Of a stretch of DNA of 64,000 nt, positions 1 through 12,200 are shown piece after piece; position 1 is the stretch's first letter; each line of letters opens with the position of its first letter. The notes below the pieces were generated by a model, which did not search any database, was not told the origin of the DNA, and saw only the letters and a program-made list of their open reading frames with translations. The translations under genes and the position numbers were made by a program. The stretch is from Styela clava (Eukaryota), in assembly GCF_964204865.1 (NCBI RefSeq), contig NC_135261.1, positions 12,896,001 through 12,960,000 of the forward strand. The letters are read 5' to 3'.

Positions 1-384
1 ACCGAAAAACTTTTACAGGATAACTTTCCTTTGTCGCTATGAGCAGTTTTAAAATATCCAAAAATTAGTAAGATATGGGGAATAAGGAATTGGGAGAACC
101 AACCTCATACCTAGCTTTTTACTAATTAATTTGAACTGTCATATGCCCGTCACTCTGAACAAGGCTGTGTTCAAGCAACTACTGCTCGGTAAGGAACCCA
201 TTCTTGTGCCAAACTTTTTCTGAATTAATTCAATAACTTTCACTTTTTTTAAACGCCGGTTCATATGCTCTTCACTCTGAACAAGGCTCTGTGACTCTAT
301 TCAACCAGCCACTGCTAGGTAAAAGCTAATATATTGAGAAGGGTCTCTGAGTTCAGTATTGCCTACTCAATTTATGACAATCTG

Positions 385-475
385 TGGGGTGGCATGAGAT
401 TTGAACCAGAGATTTTTAACCTGAGATGCCAACGTAGTTAAGTCCAGTGCTTCAACCACAAGACATCCACAGGCA
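385..475 (-). mobile_element. tRNA-derived SINE family B (related copies ~10229-10325, ~13806-13875, ~21280-21380)
   Basis: Minus strand has pol III A-box-like GTCTTGTGGTT and B-box GGTTCAAATC; the plus-strand core gggcatgrgatttgaacc...gatgcc...aagtcc...aaccac recurs at the listed sites; boundaries approximate. Confidence 0.6.
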
Positions 476-819
476 CCTACTTTGTTTTAAATATGTTGGA
501 ATTAAACGATAGTGATGTCCAGTGCACCATACTGGGCGTTTGGAACACACCTGCTAGTGCACCATTAATAGCCTGTGTGAGTTCACAGGTTTGAATCCCG
601 TGGCGTGAGTGATAATTATATCAAAGAAAATTACTTCAACACCCAAATCAATGCATATATGTACCACTACAACACTGATATAAGTACACGTTCTCTTATA
701 ACTTGTGCATCTTCAGTATGGAAAAGTATTCATTAATCATTATTATTTGCAATGAACTTATACTGGCATAACTGTTGAACATAGCAGCTTCACCTATCAA
801 TATAGGATTGGATTAACAT

Positions 820-1125
820 AATTATTCCTGGGAAGAGGCCGATGAGAAAGCTTAATCATATGGCGAACAACGGCATCTCGTCCGGTTACCAGTCCATGTC
901 GTGTATGGGATTAGTTAGCCAGTTATTTGTTTTCAGATACATGGACTAGCGGAAGAAACAGTAACCGACCAGCAGTTATGTTAACCACCCTACCGCAACG
1001 ATGAGCCCAGTAACACTTTCGCACATAATTCACCTCGCATGTGATTCAAACCTTCTAACCCCCACAGGGCAATCAGAGGTGCTGTGGCGAGCGAATTCCT
1101 AACACTACTGCACTAAGCACAATGT
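820..1125 (-). mobile_element. tRNA-derived SINE family A, ~300 bp
   Basis: Core aatcatatggcgaac...ccggttaccagtccatgtc...ggattagttagccag...taaccgaccag recurs 5 times in the window; minus-strand head has B-box GGTTTGAATC. Confidence 0.7.
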
Positions 1126-1320
1126 GCCTATACATGTGTAATACCTAAACACCAGGAAAACAGAGAAAATCTATTTTGCTATCTCCCATCTTCTCTACCT
1201 ATGAATTTCATGCACCCGGAACGAATAACTGGTAGACTATCTCCAAACCTGACATGAACTGTTACCCAACCGATAGGCAGTGCTTCGGCACCTTATGATT
1301 AAGTCATCTTATAGACTTAC

Positions 1321-2018
1321 TGCTCCACCAGGCTAAATATAATAATAATCTGACACTAAATATACAATGAAATATTCTTACTAAAAAAGCAATCATCAAA
1401 ACATTAAGTGGTCATTTTGGTGTCACCCTTCAAAACAAATTTCAAAAAGAGGCTACCACACACAGACATTGTAAAATTAGTCTTTTTTGTATACATCAGC
1501 ACTATAGACGGGTAAAATTCAACATTAGGTAAAAATTTACTTGGAAATGCCAGTAATTGCCGTATCATATCAACGAAAGTCAACCTCAAAATAGGAAAGT
1601 AAATTACCTAAATCAAATTTTACTACAAAATTTCACTGAATTTACTAAGTCTTTTCCGAGTGTGGTATTTCTAAATAAAGACGGAAATTAAACAGTTTAC
1701 TGATAACTGCACTCATTATCATCAGGTAAGCATTGTAAATTTCGCTATGCTAAATTGCAATTCCCAGCAAAAACTACATCGCGTTATGGACAAGATCATT
1801 TATTACCGTACTTCGACTAGCCTGTCTGCCTTGTGGCGTCGCTACGGAACGTTGTGAACAAGCTGCGCGTCTATTAAAGCCTGGTATGGTGAACAAACAA
1901 TTATCGGGCGAGTTTCCCCCAGAAATTCCAATGTCTTTTTTGATTTAGAACAGCTAGAGTTGCACAATTTCGTTTCGAAATCCCACAAATTGCAGCTCAA
2001 GCTTACGAATAAAGGCAT
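1321..2018 (-). CDS. Candidate 5' end of an unidentified gene running off the left edge: two 12-nt coding exons (2007-2018 MPLF; 1321-1332 PGGA)
   Basis: aaaATG CCT TTA TTC|gtaagc and tatttag|CCT GGT GGA GCA|gtaagt; E-box 37 nt upstream of the ATG; downstream exons not identified. Confidence 0.35.
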
Positions 2019-2054
2019 TTTTAGACGACGAGGTGGACAGAATGTCCGCCCGTA

Positions 2055-2064
2055 GTCACGTGAT
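2055..2064. promoter_or_regulatory. E-box/CLEAR-like motif GTCACGTGAT (second instance TCACGTGAC at 3807-3815)
   Basis: Palindromic TCACGTGA in a locally CpG-rich patch next to a candidate start codon. Confidence 0.4.
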
Positions 2065-5000
2065 CTGACAAACCCTCATTTTCGACGCAATGGATGCCGT
2101 TTCTAATTGTTGGTTTAGTCGTTTATTATGGTACCTTATCGCAAGCCTAAGATTTTATTGCAAGTTTACAATTTGGAAATTTAGATTTGTCTATGAAGGC
2201 ATTGTTTTTTTAACATTTCATAAACAAATATTGCGTTTACTTGCGGTATAAATATAAGCTTGAAAAAAGATGGCAACCGAAATAGACTGTTAGCAAAAAC
2301 GTATGCTTAACTGGAATTTTTCCGTTTCCGTCTGGCATAATCTTAGATAAAATTTACAATATGGTGTTATGAATCTCAAATTATTGTGGCAGAAAATTTA
2401 AACGTTCTTGTATATAAACCAAGCACCTCGGTCAGTCCTTGTAAAACTATGAAAAGCTTTGCCATATATATCTACTAGTTAGCTGCCTTTCAATTTCTGT
2501 AGTTGACCTCTAGAATTTCACTTCAATTCCCAAATTTTAACATTTTTGTTTTGTTTTTGTAACTCTGAAGGCAGTGTGTATATGAATATATTCATTTTTT
2601 TTCCTTAAATTTCTTTTTAAATTTCTTAATCTGAGTAGAACAGCCGCTAGTTTTCATTTTATGTCTCTGTGCGCTTATCAAAATAGCAACACTTGTCGAT
2701 ACCATTTCCATGCTATAAGTTTTTCTTAAACATTCTCCCAGATAATGAAATTTCCGCCCACCTAGCTGTTTCCTTGACACACTTGCTTGTATTTCCATAA
2801 TCTTCCGTAAACATATATAGAAATCTTTTAATAAAATAGTATGAGGAAAAAATATGACTTTGAGACCCCAAGTAGGGTTTCTTTACCCAGTGACGTTTTT
2901 GCTTATTTAATTCTTTGAAACCGTTTTTTATTTCAAATTTTCGACAATCGTACATTATAGTTTCATCGTTTTACTATTTGGGCAACTGACAAAATTCGCC
3001 TAAAGGGTGCAAAAGTTTTGGAATAAATTATATTATTAGTAATTAAAATAGTATTTCATGACTGAACGCATCTTATAGTGAGAACCATACAAGACAAAAT
3101 TGAAAACATTGGAAGCCTGTCATGAATGGAAGCTTATTTCAATGGGAATGTTTGAAATTAATGGATGAACCAATGTTACATAACAAAAGGTACAAGACGC
3201 ACCCGAGAGGAATATTTTGCTTCAAGCTTCAACTTCAATGATTGAGCATTTTGACTTATGTTAGAGAGAAGGTGGGATTTTATTATTCCTCATCATTCGT
3301 TAGAATGGTTATATTAACAAGTGGGATAATGCGGCTTTATCATGTATTGCGTGTCACTAGCTTGTTTCCGGTTGCTAGTCCAGGTCGGGTATGATGATGA
3401 TAATAGCTGTAGTAGATAAATGGATGTATACGATAGAAAAATAACATTTAAACCACATAACATGCTGAGATATTCATCCGCAGTATTGGAAGATGCGAAC
3501 CCGCGCATGAGAATAAGCAGGGGAGATAGATAAGCCCATCGTTTTTCTAACGCTGGATAGAAGGAGCCGACTGCCGACAATATTCCAAAGTGAAAAAAAG
3601 TTTCTTCCGTAGGAGCCACAAACCCATAGCACAACCTATATATAGCGAATCGTAGCATTTCGTTTATTACCAGTCGGGTCGGGTATTAGAATAGATACTA
3701 TATGCTATATCTTGCATTGAGTAAAGTTATATAAACTTGGGCAGTCGAAGTTATGATCTATCACATTGACCAGATAAAATTAGAGTCGCGGGTTACCTAT
3801 GCTAGTTCACGTGACAAGTTGCGAGACAACTCGGTTTCTGAGGCACCCGAGCCCAGTCGAGTCATGTAGACAATCTTGTCATCAAAAGTGAATATACATA
3901 AATTTCTGTTGATTTCGTTTCGTAAGCAATAAACAATGACACGCTCGCTTCTGGAACAGCCTCTGAAATTCTCTCAATGCAACATCTCGTTACCATACTG
4001 GAGACTCTTCCAAAACATTTTCGGGAGACTGATACAGGTACTGGTAAGTTACCGGGGCGTTCAGGATACCTTCGTTCAGGATACCTTATTATTTTCGGGG
4101 AATTTATGTGAAAAGATCTCGTTATGGATTTCGTGTCCATATATTTGAGCTTAGCTCTCTTGTTAGTTATGTAATAGTTCTGAATTTTTAAAGTAAGCAA
4201 AGTCAATAAGTTTTGTCGTTTTGCACGTATTTTCGTACATAATAGTCCTATTTAGTAGGGTAGACGATAAACCTAAATTTAGCATTTTTTATTGAAAATT
4301 ATCTTCAATGGGAATCCCATGGGGTGGGATGGGACAGAAAAATATGCCACATGGACAAGTTCGCCGATAGAGATACGCCAATATTTCAAAAAGTAGATAT
4401 ATATAATATATATATTGCTGATATTCCGATACAAATACTAGGTAATTTTTATTACCTTAAGTGTGCAGGGCAAACGGGTTCAAACAATATCAATGTGAGC
4501 ACTGTTCATAGTGCACAATATCTCAGCTTGAAAAAGAGATATTCCAAATAATAAGAAATTGGTGTTTGTGATCCAGATACATTAATTAATTCAGATGCAT
4601 TGTGTACCGACGCTAGTAGTTTTGGTGTTCAATTAGAAAACTACTTTGGCTACTATGGATAATAAAATAAATGAATATTTACTTATTCTATATCAAACTG
4701 ATACATTAATTTGCGTGCGTAGGATTTTTTGCTAATGAAACGTCGTATTTTGTATTTTACACATTGGAAAAATTCAGTAATATTCGATTGATATATTTCT
4801 TCATAATTACCATGTAATATATATTCAAAATGTCAATATAAAAATTTATCATCGAAAATGGCCAAATTAGTCGAGCTAGTTTGGCTGATAAATAGCTAAA
4901 AACTGACAAGAATCCTATTCCTGTTTCTTCTCGCGGAGGTGTCGCTCAGAGTTAACGAGGCAAATTCCGCGAACATGATACCTCACCGCAAAAATAATTC

Positions 5001-5124
5001 AACATCCGTATTTTAACATACTTTTTAAAACATTCTGGATAAGATTAAAAAGCTAACTATATCGGAAATATCGGTCTTCATTTAGCCGATACCGATACGG
5101 CCAAATATGAGAAGATGGAAATTT

Positions 5125-5420
5125 TACATTTATCCAATAGGAGAGCAAAGCCGATGTGGTGACTCAATCATATGGCGAACCACGTTGTACCGGCCTTACC
5201 AATATATGTCGGATGTAGGTATAGTTCACCAGTTACTCGTTTCATACTTGATAACTAAGGAATGAGCCATAACCGACCAGTGGTTACGTGAACCATTACG
5301 ACGTCGGGTAGTCCATGATCCTTATGCACATAATTATTCCCCACAGAATCATAACCTGCAAGCCCGTGTATGGTATACAGAGGTGCGATGACAAGCGTGT
5401 TCCTAACGCTTTCCACAATG
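5125..5420 (-). mobile_element. SINE family A copy
   Basis: Colinear similarity to 820-1125. Confidence 0.65.
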
Positions 5421-5584
5421 CTATTTTCGAATCAAAATACGAACTAAATTATGTTATCTTTGCTGAGAATAAAGTAACGAAGCAGTGTGATATAAAACTA
5501 TCATTGCAAAAACATTGCATAGCCATAGCACATGCATGTAGCATTTATGCTCAATGAATGGTACTAACGACTAAGTGTTCAGAC

Positions 5585-6337
5585 TAGGGTTACCATATCT
5601 GACGAGACGCTATCCCTGACAAATTTATATGAGTCATGTTCACCATTTTTGCGAATAAAACACTTTTATCATGGTATGAATGCCGGATAGATCCAAGTAC
5701 ATAGCTGCTGACGCTTACCCTTCAGTAAAGCAAATGAGAAACAAAACGAAAAGAGTAAAATTAGTTACGTAAATCGATTTACAAATGATACTCTCTCTCT
5801 CTGACTACGCATGTTTTCCCGAAGATCTAATGGTATTCAACAAAGTCTTGTTAGACTCTAAAAATCTCAAAGCATTCTTCACAAGGCAAATCTTTAAAGT
5901 TGTACTTAATCGTTGAAATTCATTCCATTGTCTCGAATTTGTCACTTTAGTTGATGAGGAAGTTCCTCGTACTGCATTGAAATGTTTATCAGAACGGAGA
6001 TCTGGAGATGTGATTGTAAATCAGCAACACCTTTGTATGGAATGGAAAAAATGTTCCTGGTTAGCAAACTAACCATTCTTATTATTATTCCTTCATCTCA
6101 TCAGTAACTTTGCATTTTCGCATGGGCATTTTCACAGTAAAGAGTTGCAAAGTTTAATCTTTACCTAAACAAATTTCACCGTAAAAAATTGACTTTTGCA
6201 AAATTCAAAAGCTATATAAAATGAATCAATAAAAAATAACCGGACATCTAAGCATTTTTTAACATTCCTCTCTGACAAAAATTCGTTCACTAAAGTCCCG
6301 GACATGTCTGGGAAAAACCTGACGTATGGAAACCCTA
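5585..6337. mobile_element. Non-autonomous hAT-type DNA transposon (MITE)
   Basis: TIRs tagggttaccata / tatggaaacccta; perfect 8-bp TSD gttcagac at 5577-5584 and 6338-6345. Confidence 0.85.
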
Positions 6338-6396
6338 GTTCAGACTCCATACACATGGCTAAAATTATCGAAGCGTGCATTGCCGATCGCTAGCGA

Positions 6397-6406
6397 TTCC
6401 TCTTCC
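6397..6406 (+). promoter_or_regulatory. Polypyrimidine (TCT/5'TOP) initiator of RPL41
   Basis: ttcctcttcc ~110 nt upstream of the RPL41 ATG; YY1-like cgccatctt in the following intron (~6607), typical of ribosomal-protein genes. Confidence 0.5.
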
Positions 6407-6514
6407 ACCTGAACGGGCTCAAGTCTGCTCAGGTTGTTTACGACTGTTTTATTATCTACTTTAATCGTGGGTGAAATCTTCCACGAGACTCGTTTTTCGA
6501 GTTTATAAAAGGAG

Positions 6515-7503
6515 ATGAGGCCTAAGGTAGGTGTATTAATTTATGTAATTGATTATTTTTTGTTTCATAAAAAGTATTTTGTCCTTATAAATGTGGGTAC
6601 GTTGTCGCCATCTTCGAAAGTTATATTTGTGGTCCGATTAGTATAATTTAATTCAGTCTGATCTTGGTGTGACATTTTTTAACTAGATACAATACAATCT
6701 AGTGGGGATTTTAAATAGGTTTCGATAAATCTGCTCATCGCAGAATTGGGCCTGTACCTGACGCAGCATGGGCACTTTGCGGTCTGGCAGTTGTGGCATA
6801 TCTCAGTACAAATGGATGAAAGGACGATTACGCTGCAGTTATTTTAACTAGATGTAATTTATAATCATTGTCCGTTTTTTGATATTTTTGTCTGTCCCTC
6901 TGCTAGTTCTGTAGTTGATATTCTGATATTATAGAGTTTTTTAGAAAATACATAATGAAGTCTGAAAATTCTGAAATGAACTTGTGCTTAACTTAAATTG
7001 CAAATTTAACTTGAAATAGACTTGTGTTACTTACAACCGCTCTGCAACTAATGGTTTCTGTGCTTAATTCAGTATCATATTATTCATATTTCAAGTTGAC
7101 CATATCTGCAGAACTGTGTAGCTTCACAAAATAAGTTCATGCTTCTCGCCGTCACATTTTCTTGGTGCAATGGTCTCGTTTTTTACTTGACAGCTTGGCG
7201 ACATTCTGGCCTCACTGTATCATTTTCCAGCATTCCATGGTATCACTGTTGTCAGTCTGTTACTAAACACGTGTTAAAATATTGTTCATAATATTTGGTG
7301 CTATTTTTCATACACAAATCAAAAGGGGGACAGATTGTATCATAACTTTATTGAATAGCATTCCTATAGCTGTATAGATATACTGGCTTTGATTGTTTTA
7401 CTTTGAACTGAAAAACTAAAATAATTTTTGTTTTAAGTGGAGAAAGAAGCGCATGAGGAGATTGAAGCGTAAGCGACGAAAGATGCGACAACGATCCAAG
7501 TAG
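6515..7503 (+). CDS. RPL41: Ribosomal protein eL41, exons 6515-6526 + 7438-7503, 25 aa [25 protein letters not shown]
   Basis: ATGAGGCCTAAG|gtag ... ttttaag|TGG AGA AAG...TAG; differs from the well-known vertebrate sequence only by A3P. Confidence 0.97.
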
Positions 7504-8169
7504 GCGGATCATCCACAACCGTGCCAACCTTTGATAAAGACTTATTTTGTCATCAAAAACAACAAATTCCGGAACACTGGACACATTGATGCAAGCTATA
7601 TTTCATAGAAAAGCGAGCTTGGTCTAATATTGCAGGTTGCTCTGTCGTGAATATAACAAAACAAAAAAATTTCAGTTCTGTTTTTGTCTTTATTCGCCAC
7701 AACGAATAAATACAGATGCTAGTGGGTTCTATAGGAAATAAGTCCGGTCATTGATTCTCGCCTACTGACTTAGGAATAGATCAATGCGACTTGAAACCTG
7801 CGATGTGACAAATTCAGGAATGGTAGTGTTTATATGAATTTGCTCAAGCCCATTTTTATTAACTCCAAGAGTCTTAAGAATTTTCATCGGTATGATTGTT
7901 GCTTATGTGGGATAATGACAGTTTTTTTTTCACAAGAAGCGTGCTCGAATTTTATTAAGGTGCTGCATTCAGAAAGATACGAGAAAAATAGGTGGTTTAC
8001 TAGGTACCTTGTTTTGCAATCTGAATATAGTAAAGGAATGTACATAATTGAATTAATAATGTTGGCTGGCACCTTTTTGTGCGAGATGGCCAATTAGAAG
8101 ATCAAAAGTTCTTGATAACATGCTCTGGCAAGGATGGGACTGCAATTTTAGATGGTTCTAATTTATCAG

Positions 8170-8375
8170 TGTGTACCACTGTGCTCCCACAGTTTGTGTA
8201 GCGGGTTAGGGTTAGGTCATGATTTTATTCCTATTACGAGTTTGGGGACTGTCTGTGTTAGGCGAGTGAGTATCCGCCAGTGCATAGGTTTCAGTCCGTT
8301 TTCACAGCTCTATGTAAAATAGGCGAACGAAATCAGTCATCCCCATATTGGTGCACATACTTCTAGGTCGCCCAA
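8170..8375. mobile_element. Short interspersed element with ggttagggttagg tract and ...ggtgcacatacttc end (related ~34010-34150, ~28127-28240, ~58963-59082)
   Basis: Shared cataggtttcagtcc...taggcgaac...cacatacttctag segments between copies. Confidence 0.55.
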
Positions 8376-9295
8376 TCCACTACTTGAGTTGCAGGGAGGG
8401 GCAGAATTTTTTGATGTATTTGACTCACGGCGGGGTGACGAGGCTCTCCATTGTACCAGTGACACAAATATTGCTAAGCTACCTCGGAAAACTTCCTCTT
8501 CACAATGTCTAAGACCTTCATCTCATGGAGAACCGCTTGTTCCTGTTGATAAGGTTTTTGCTCATTTTGCTGAACTGAATTTTGGTTCAAAACCACTTCA
8601 TGGGTTTCCGCTTATCAAAGAAAGTTTATTACCCAGAACCTACTGTATTTTCACCTGTTTTTGACTCAATAATAAATCAGAGTAGAATGCTTCTACTCTG
8701 AGTCGAAGATTTTTACAGTGTGCTATTGCCATCAACACATTATTCTACCCGGTGGTGGTTCAGGGATTTTGCACAAACTCCTTATTGCTACAGATAAGAC
8801 AATGACAGAAAATGGGTAACATGTATTGCAGCTAGTGTTGTTATAGACGGTTTGAAAGTTAGTTTTATTTAAAGTGTAATGCTAACGCAGTGGTGAGAAA
8901 ACCCGTCGTTGGTGAGTTCGATACAAAAGAGATCCTGTGCTCAAAATTTTTTTTCCCACCTAACACTATAGATCAAGAGCAAAATGTCATCTTTAAAAAT
9001 ATTTCATTTCCGACCAGAAAGCTCAAGAACCTCATGTATTCTGCATAAACATTTGGAAAGCTGAATATCTTTGTTAAGCCCAGTCACCACCTGGTTTCCT
9101 TTAACCCCACAACACACCATGCCATAAATCACTGTATCACATTGCACTAACAAGTCTATATACTATCAAGTCGAACACAATAAATTCACCAATCATAAAT
9201 TTTCTTGTTTAAAAACATCAGGAACATGCTTCATGGTTGTGATCCTTGTCAGGTAATCATGCTATTGCTGATACACAACTCCATTCAATGGACTC

Positions 9296-12200
9296 CTATT
9301 TTTTCTTCTTATTTTTCTTTCCTCCTATCTTTCCAGCATTTGGATCTTCTCCTTTGGCTAGAGCAAGTTGCCTCTTCAGTCCCAAAAGATCTTGAACAGC
9401 TTTATCAATGACAGCCTTCTCAAGTTTTTTGGACTTCATCTCACGAACACTATTACCCTGTATAATAAAATGAATACTCAGTAAACAGCAGATTGTTGCT
9501 GGACAACAAAGGCAATTAGGTAGTTGAAGGACTTTTGCTATGTCGATTTTAAGCAATAAAGATAAGTATAAAAGTCACCAGAGTATTAGGTCGTCTTCAA
9601 ATTTTGATTCTAGAGTTTTCACAAATGAAAATATAGCCATAATAACTCATAATAACTGAGTAGCAGCCCTAATACCCATATCACTACATTAGAGTGTGTC
9701 TAATTTGATTATCAGCTGTTGTTAAACTAGACATGGAAATTGAACAAGCATAAGCGGTCTACACCAGTGATTCTCGAAGTGGGTGATATTGTCATTTTCG
9801 AAGGTCAAAATCATGAAATGAATAAAACAAGGAATGAATTTTCCAACTAATTCTATTATCTCCTATTCATGTACCTGCTCTGTGACTTTCTTTTCTAGTT
9901 CAGACACGTTAACGTCAGTTTTTACTGAATTATTTTGGGTTGGTAATTTTTCTTTATTCTGCTGCCCTGTTCCTTCACCACAAAAACGTTTTTTCAAACT
10001 GTCCATTTCAGCTTCATCCAATTTTCGGAACAATGGCGAAGGCTAAAAAATTAACTATTCCAATAAAACAGATAAATAATAATAGGATCCAAGCCATTGA
10101 TGCAAAAATCTTCTTCACGTAAACAAGTTTTTTAGATGACATATTTATTAACAAGTCTCTGCACAACCGGTCACTAATATGTACCGGTAATGAGCTACCA
10201 GCATAGCCTGCCCAATTTATTCCACCATGGGTGAGGTGGTAGACATAGGATTTGAAACTTGTGATTTTGACCTGAGTTGCCATCATATTCAAGTCCAACT
10301 CATAAACCACTTGGTTATTGGTTCTTGTTTCACGTAGAATAAAAATTTGGATGTGAACACCAGTGCTACAATCTAACTTCAGATAGTCTGGAACTACCAA
10401 GTTAAATATTTTCACTTCGTTTTCATTAACAGTTTTGTGACTGAGAAGATCATTTTCAAAATGCATTCTTACAGTATTCAATACACAGTCATTTTTTAGT
10501 ACATCAAAAGCTACCTTGTTTAATTTATGTCCTTCTGGTAAAAACTGGACAAATCTTTGAGGAAAGGTTGTTGTAAAATACGCTGGTGCATTCATTTGTT
10601 CCCAAATAATGCGAGATGTAGCAGGCATATATGGTTCAAGTAGAATTGAAAGTAGACATGATAAGTTGACACCTACAGAAGTCACAGTACCAGCTCGCTC
10701 CCTAAATATAAATCGACAAATTTTTTTGTGTGTGTCTTGCTAAAGCCATAAAAATAATAAATTGAATAGTTTCTTCCATCTGGTAGTATTGTGGGTCAAA
10801 TAGTTTTATTCACTAAAATTATGGCTAGCAATAAATTTCCATCTTTGATGAGCTAAGTGTTTTGTTTTTACAGCGACTTCACGGAGAATGTTAAACCTAA
10901 ATAATTTTACTTATATGACAAGCTTCTAGAACTTATCCTTTGAATTGCATACATTTTATAATTAGTAGTTTAAACGAAATTAATTTAACGAAATTTGAAA
11001 CATTATAAGGCGAATTCTCCCAAAAGAGCATAAGTGATCTGAATTAGCTTACAGGCAGGACAATATGTCGATTATAGGAATATATAGATAATTAAGTTTG
11101 AATATTATTTAATGCTATATGGAATAGATGACGATCTGTGGGATTACAACCAATAATTGATTGTTTATACTTGTCTGTTTCATTTCCTTTAACAAGCTTC
11201 CATGGCTGATTTTCTTGAAAATATTGGTTTCCAAGTCTTGATATATTTAATATCTTCCGCAAATTTTCACGCAATCTAAAAAATATATAATGTAATTGTA
11301 GATTTGTAATGTTGCATTATGCTTATGATTGTGATACTGCGCAAACTACAGCAAGTGTACGATCAGATACAAAAACTAGGGAAGAAACACATGGATTCAG
11401 TCCATCATTCGTAGATACCTTTTACAATGATGAAAAAAATCCTACCTTATTCTATCCATGTCCGCAATATATTCATCAATTTCTCGATTCACTTCGGCCA
11501 TCAACTCATAATCTCTGTCATTCAACACTACTTTTGGTAATATTCCGTTGAATGCTCCGGTAGTAAATTTCAAGGATCTGCAATAATGGTTTGCGTTTTT
11601 TACAGCAAACATTCAAACGTCCTTTGCTCTGAAATAGGCCCTGCACAAGCAGCCAATGCCTAAGTAACAAGCTGCCATACTTTGCAGAACTGGAACCCTT
11701 CCGCTAGAATATTACCTACTCATGTATTATTTACCCTATTTAGGTGGTGTGCATGAAATTTAAACTTGAGATTTCAACATTCAATGGCATCAGAATTAAA
11801 TCTTACTCTTTAGCTTATGCTAGCGCAACCACGCAAAATATTACGCTAATCAATTTTTTGAAATAAAATCCAAAAGAATTAAAGATCAAAAGTGTAATTG
11901 CAAATAATATGCTGCTGTTTCAAATATCTGATTCATAATATCCCAAGTCGATCTAGCAGGAAACATTCTACACAAAATAAAATTTGGCAATAAAACAAAT
12001 TTTCATACCCAGGTAAAACATACATTGTGAGTGTAATGAAAATGAAATCATACCATTATTGATCTTCATTACCTGTTTATAAAGTTTCCTAGATTATTCA
12101 ATAATTCTGAGTTATTTTTCAACATGAAGTCATTCCAACTAAAAACTGTGTCTTGACTTTCTGGTCTGACATATAACAGATAAAATCTCCAAATATCAGC

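Noticed and set aside
385-475. tRNA gene (also ~1040-1125, ~21290-21380)
   Set aside because: A/B-box-like motifs are present but there is no cloverleaf, and the copies are multiple and diverged: SINE heads
2592-2955. Overlapping 68- and 80-aa ORFs
   Set aside because: No recognisable homology and no consistent splice or frame model
8202-8216. Telomeric TTAGGG tracts (also 59091-59104)
   Set aside because: Only about 2 units, within or next to interspersed repeats
8389-8702. 91-aa ORF and an 11-bp hairpin tcagagtagaa/ttctactctga
   Set aside because: TTG start, no motif; a single short hairpin is not distinguishable from chance
10014-10685. 223-aa ORF as an independent gene
   Set aside because: It is a MARS1 exon (10515-10701) read through into an intron containing a SINE
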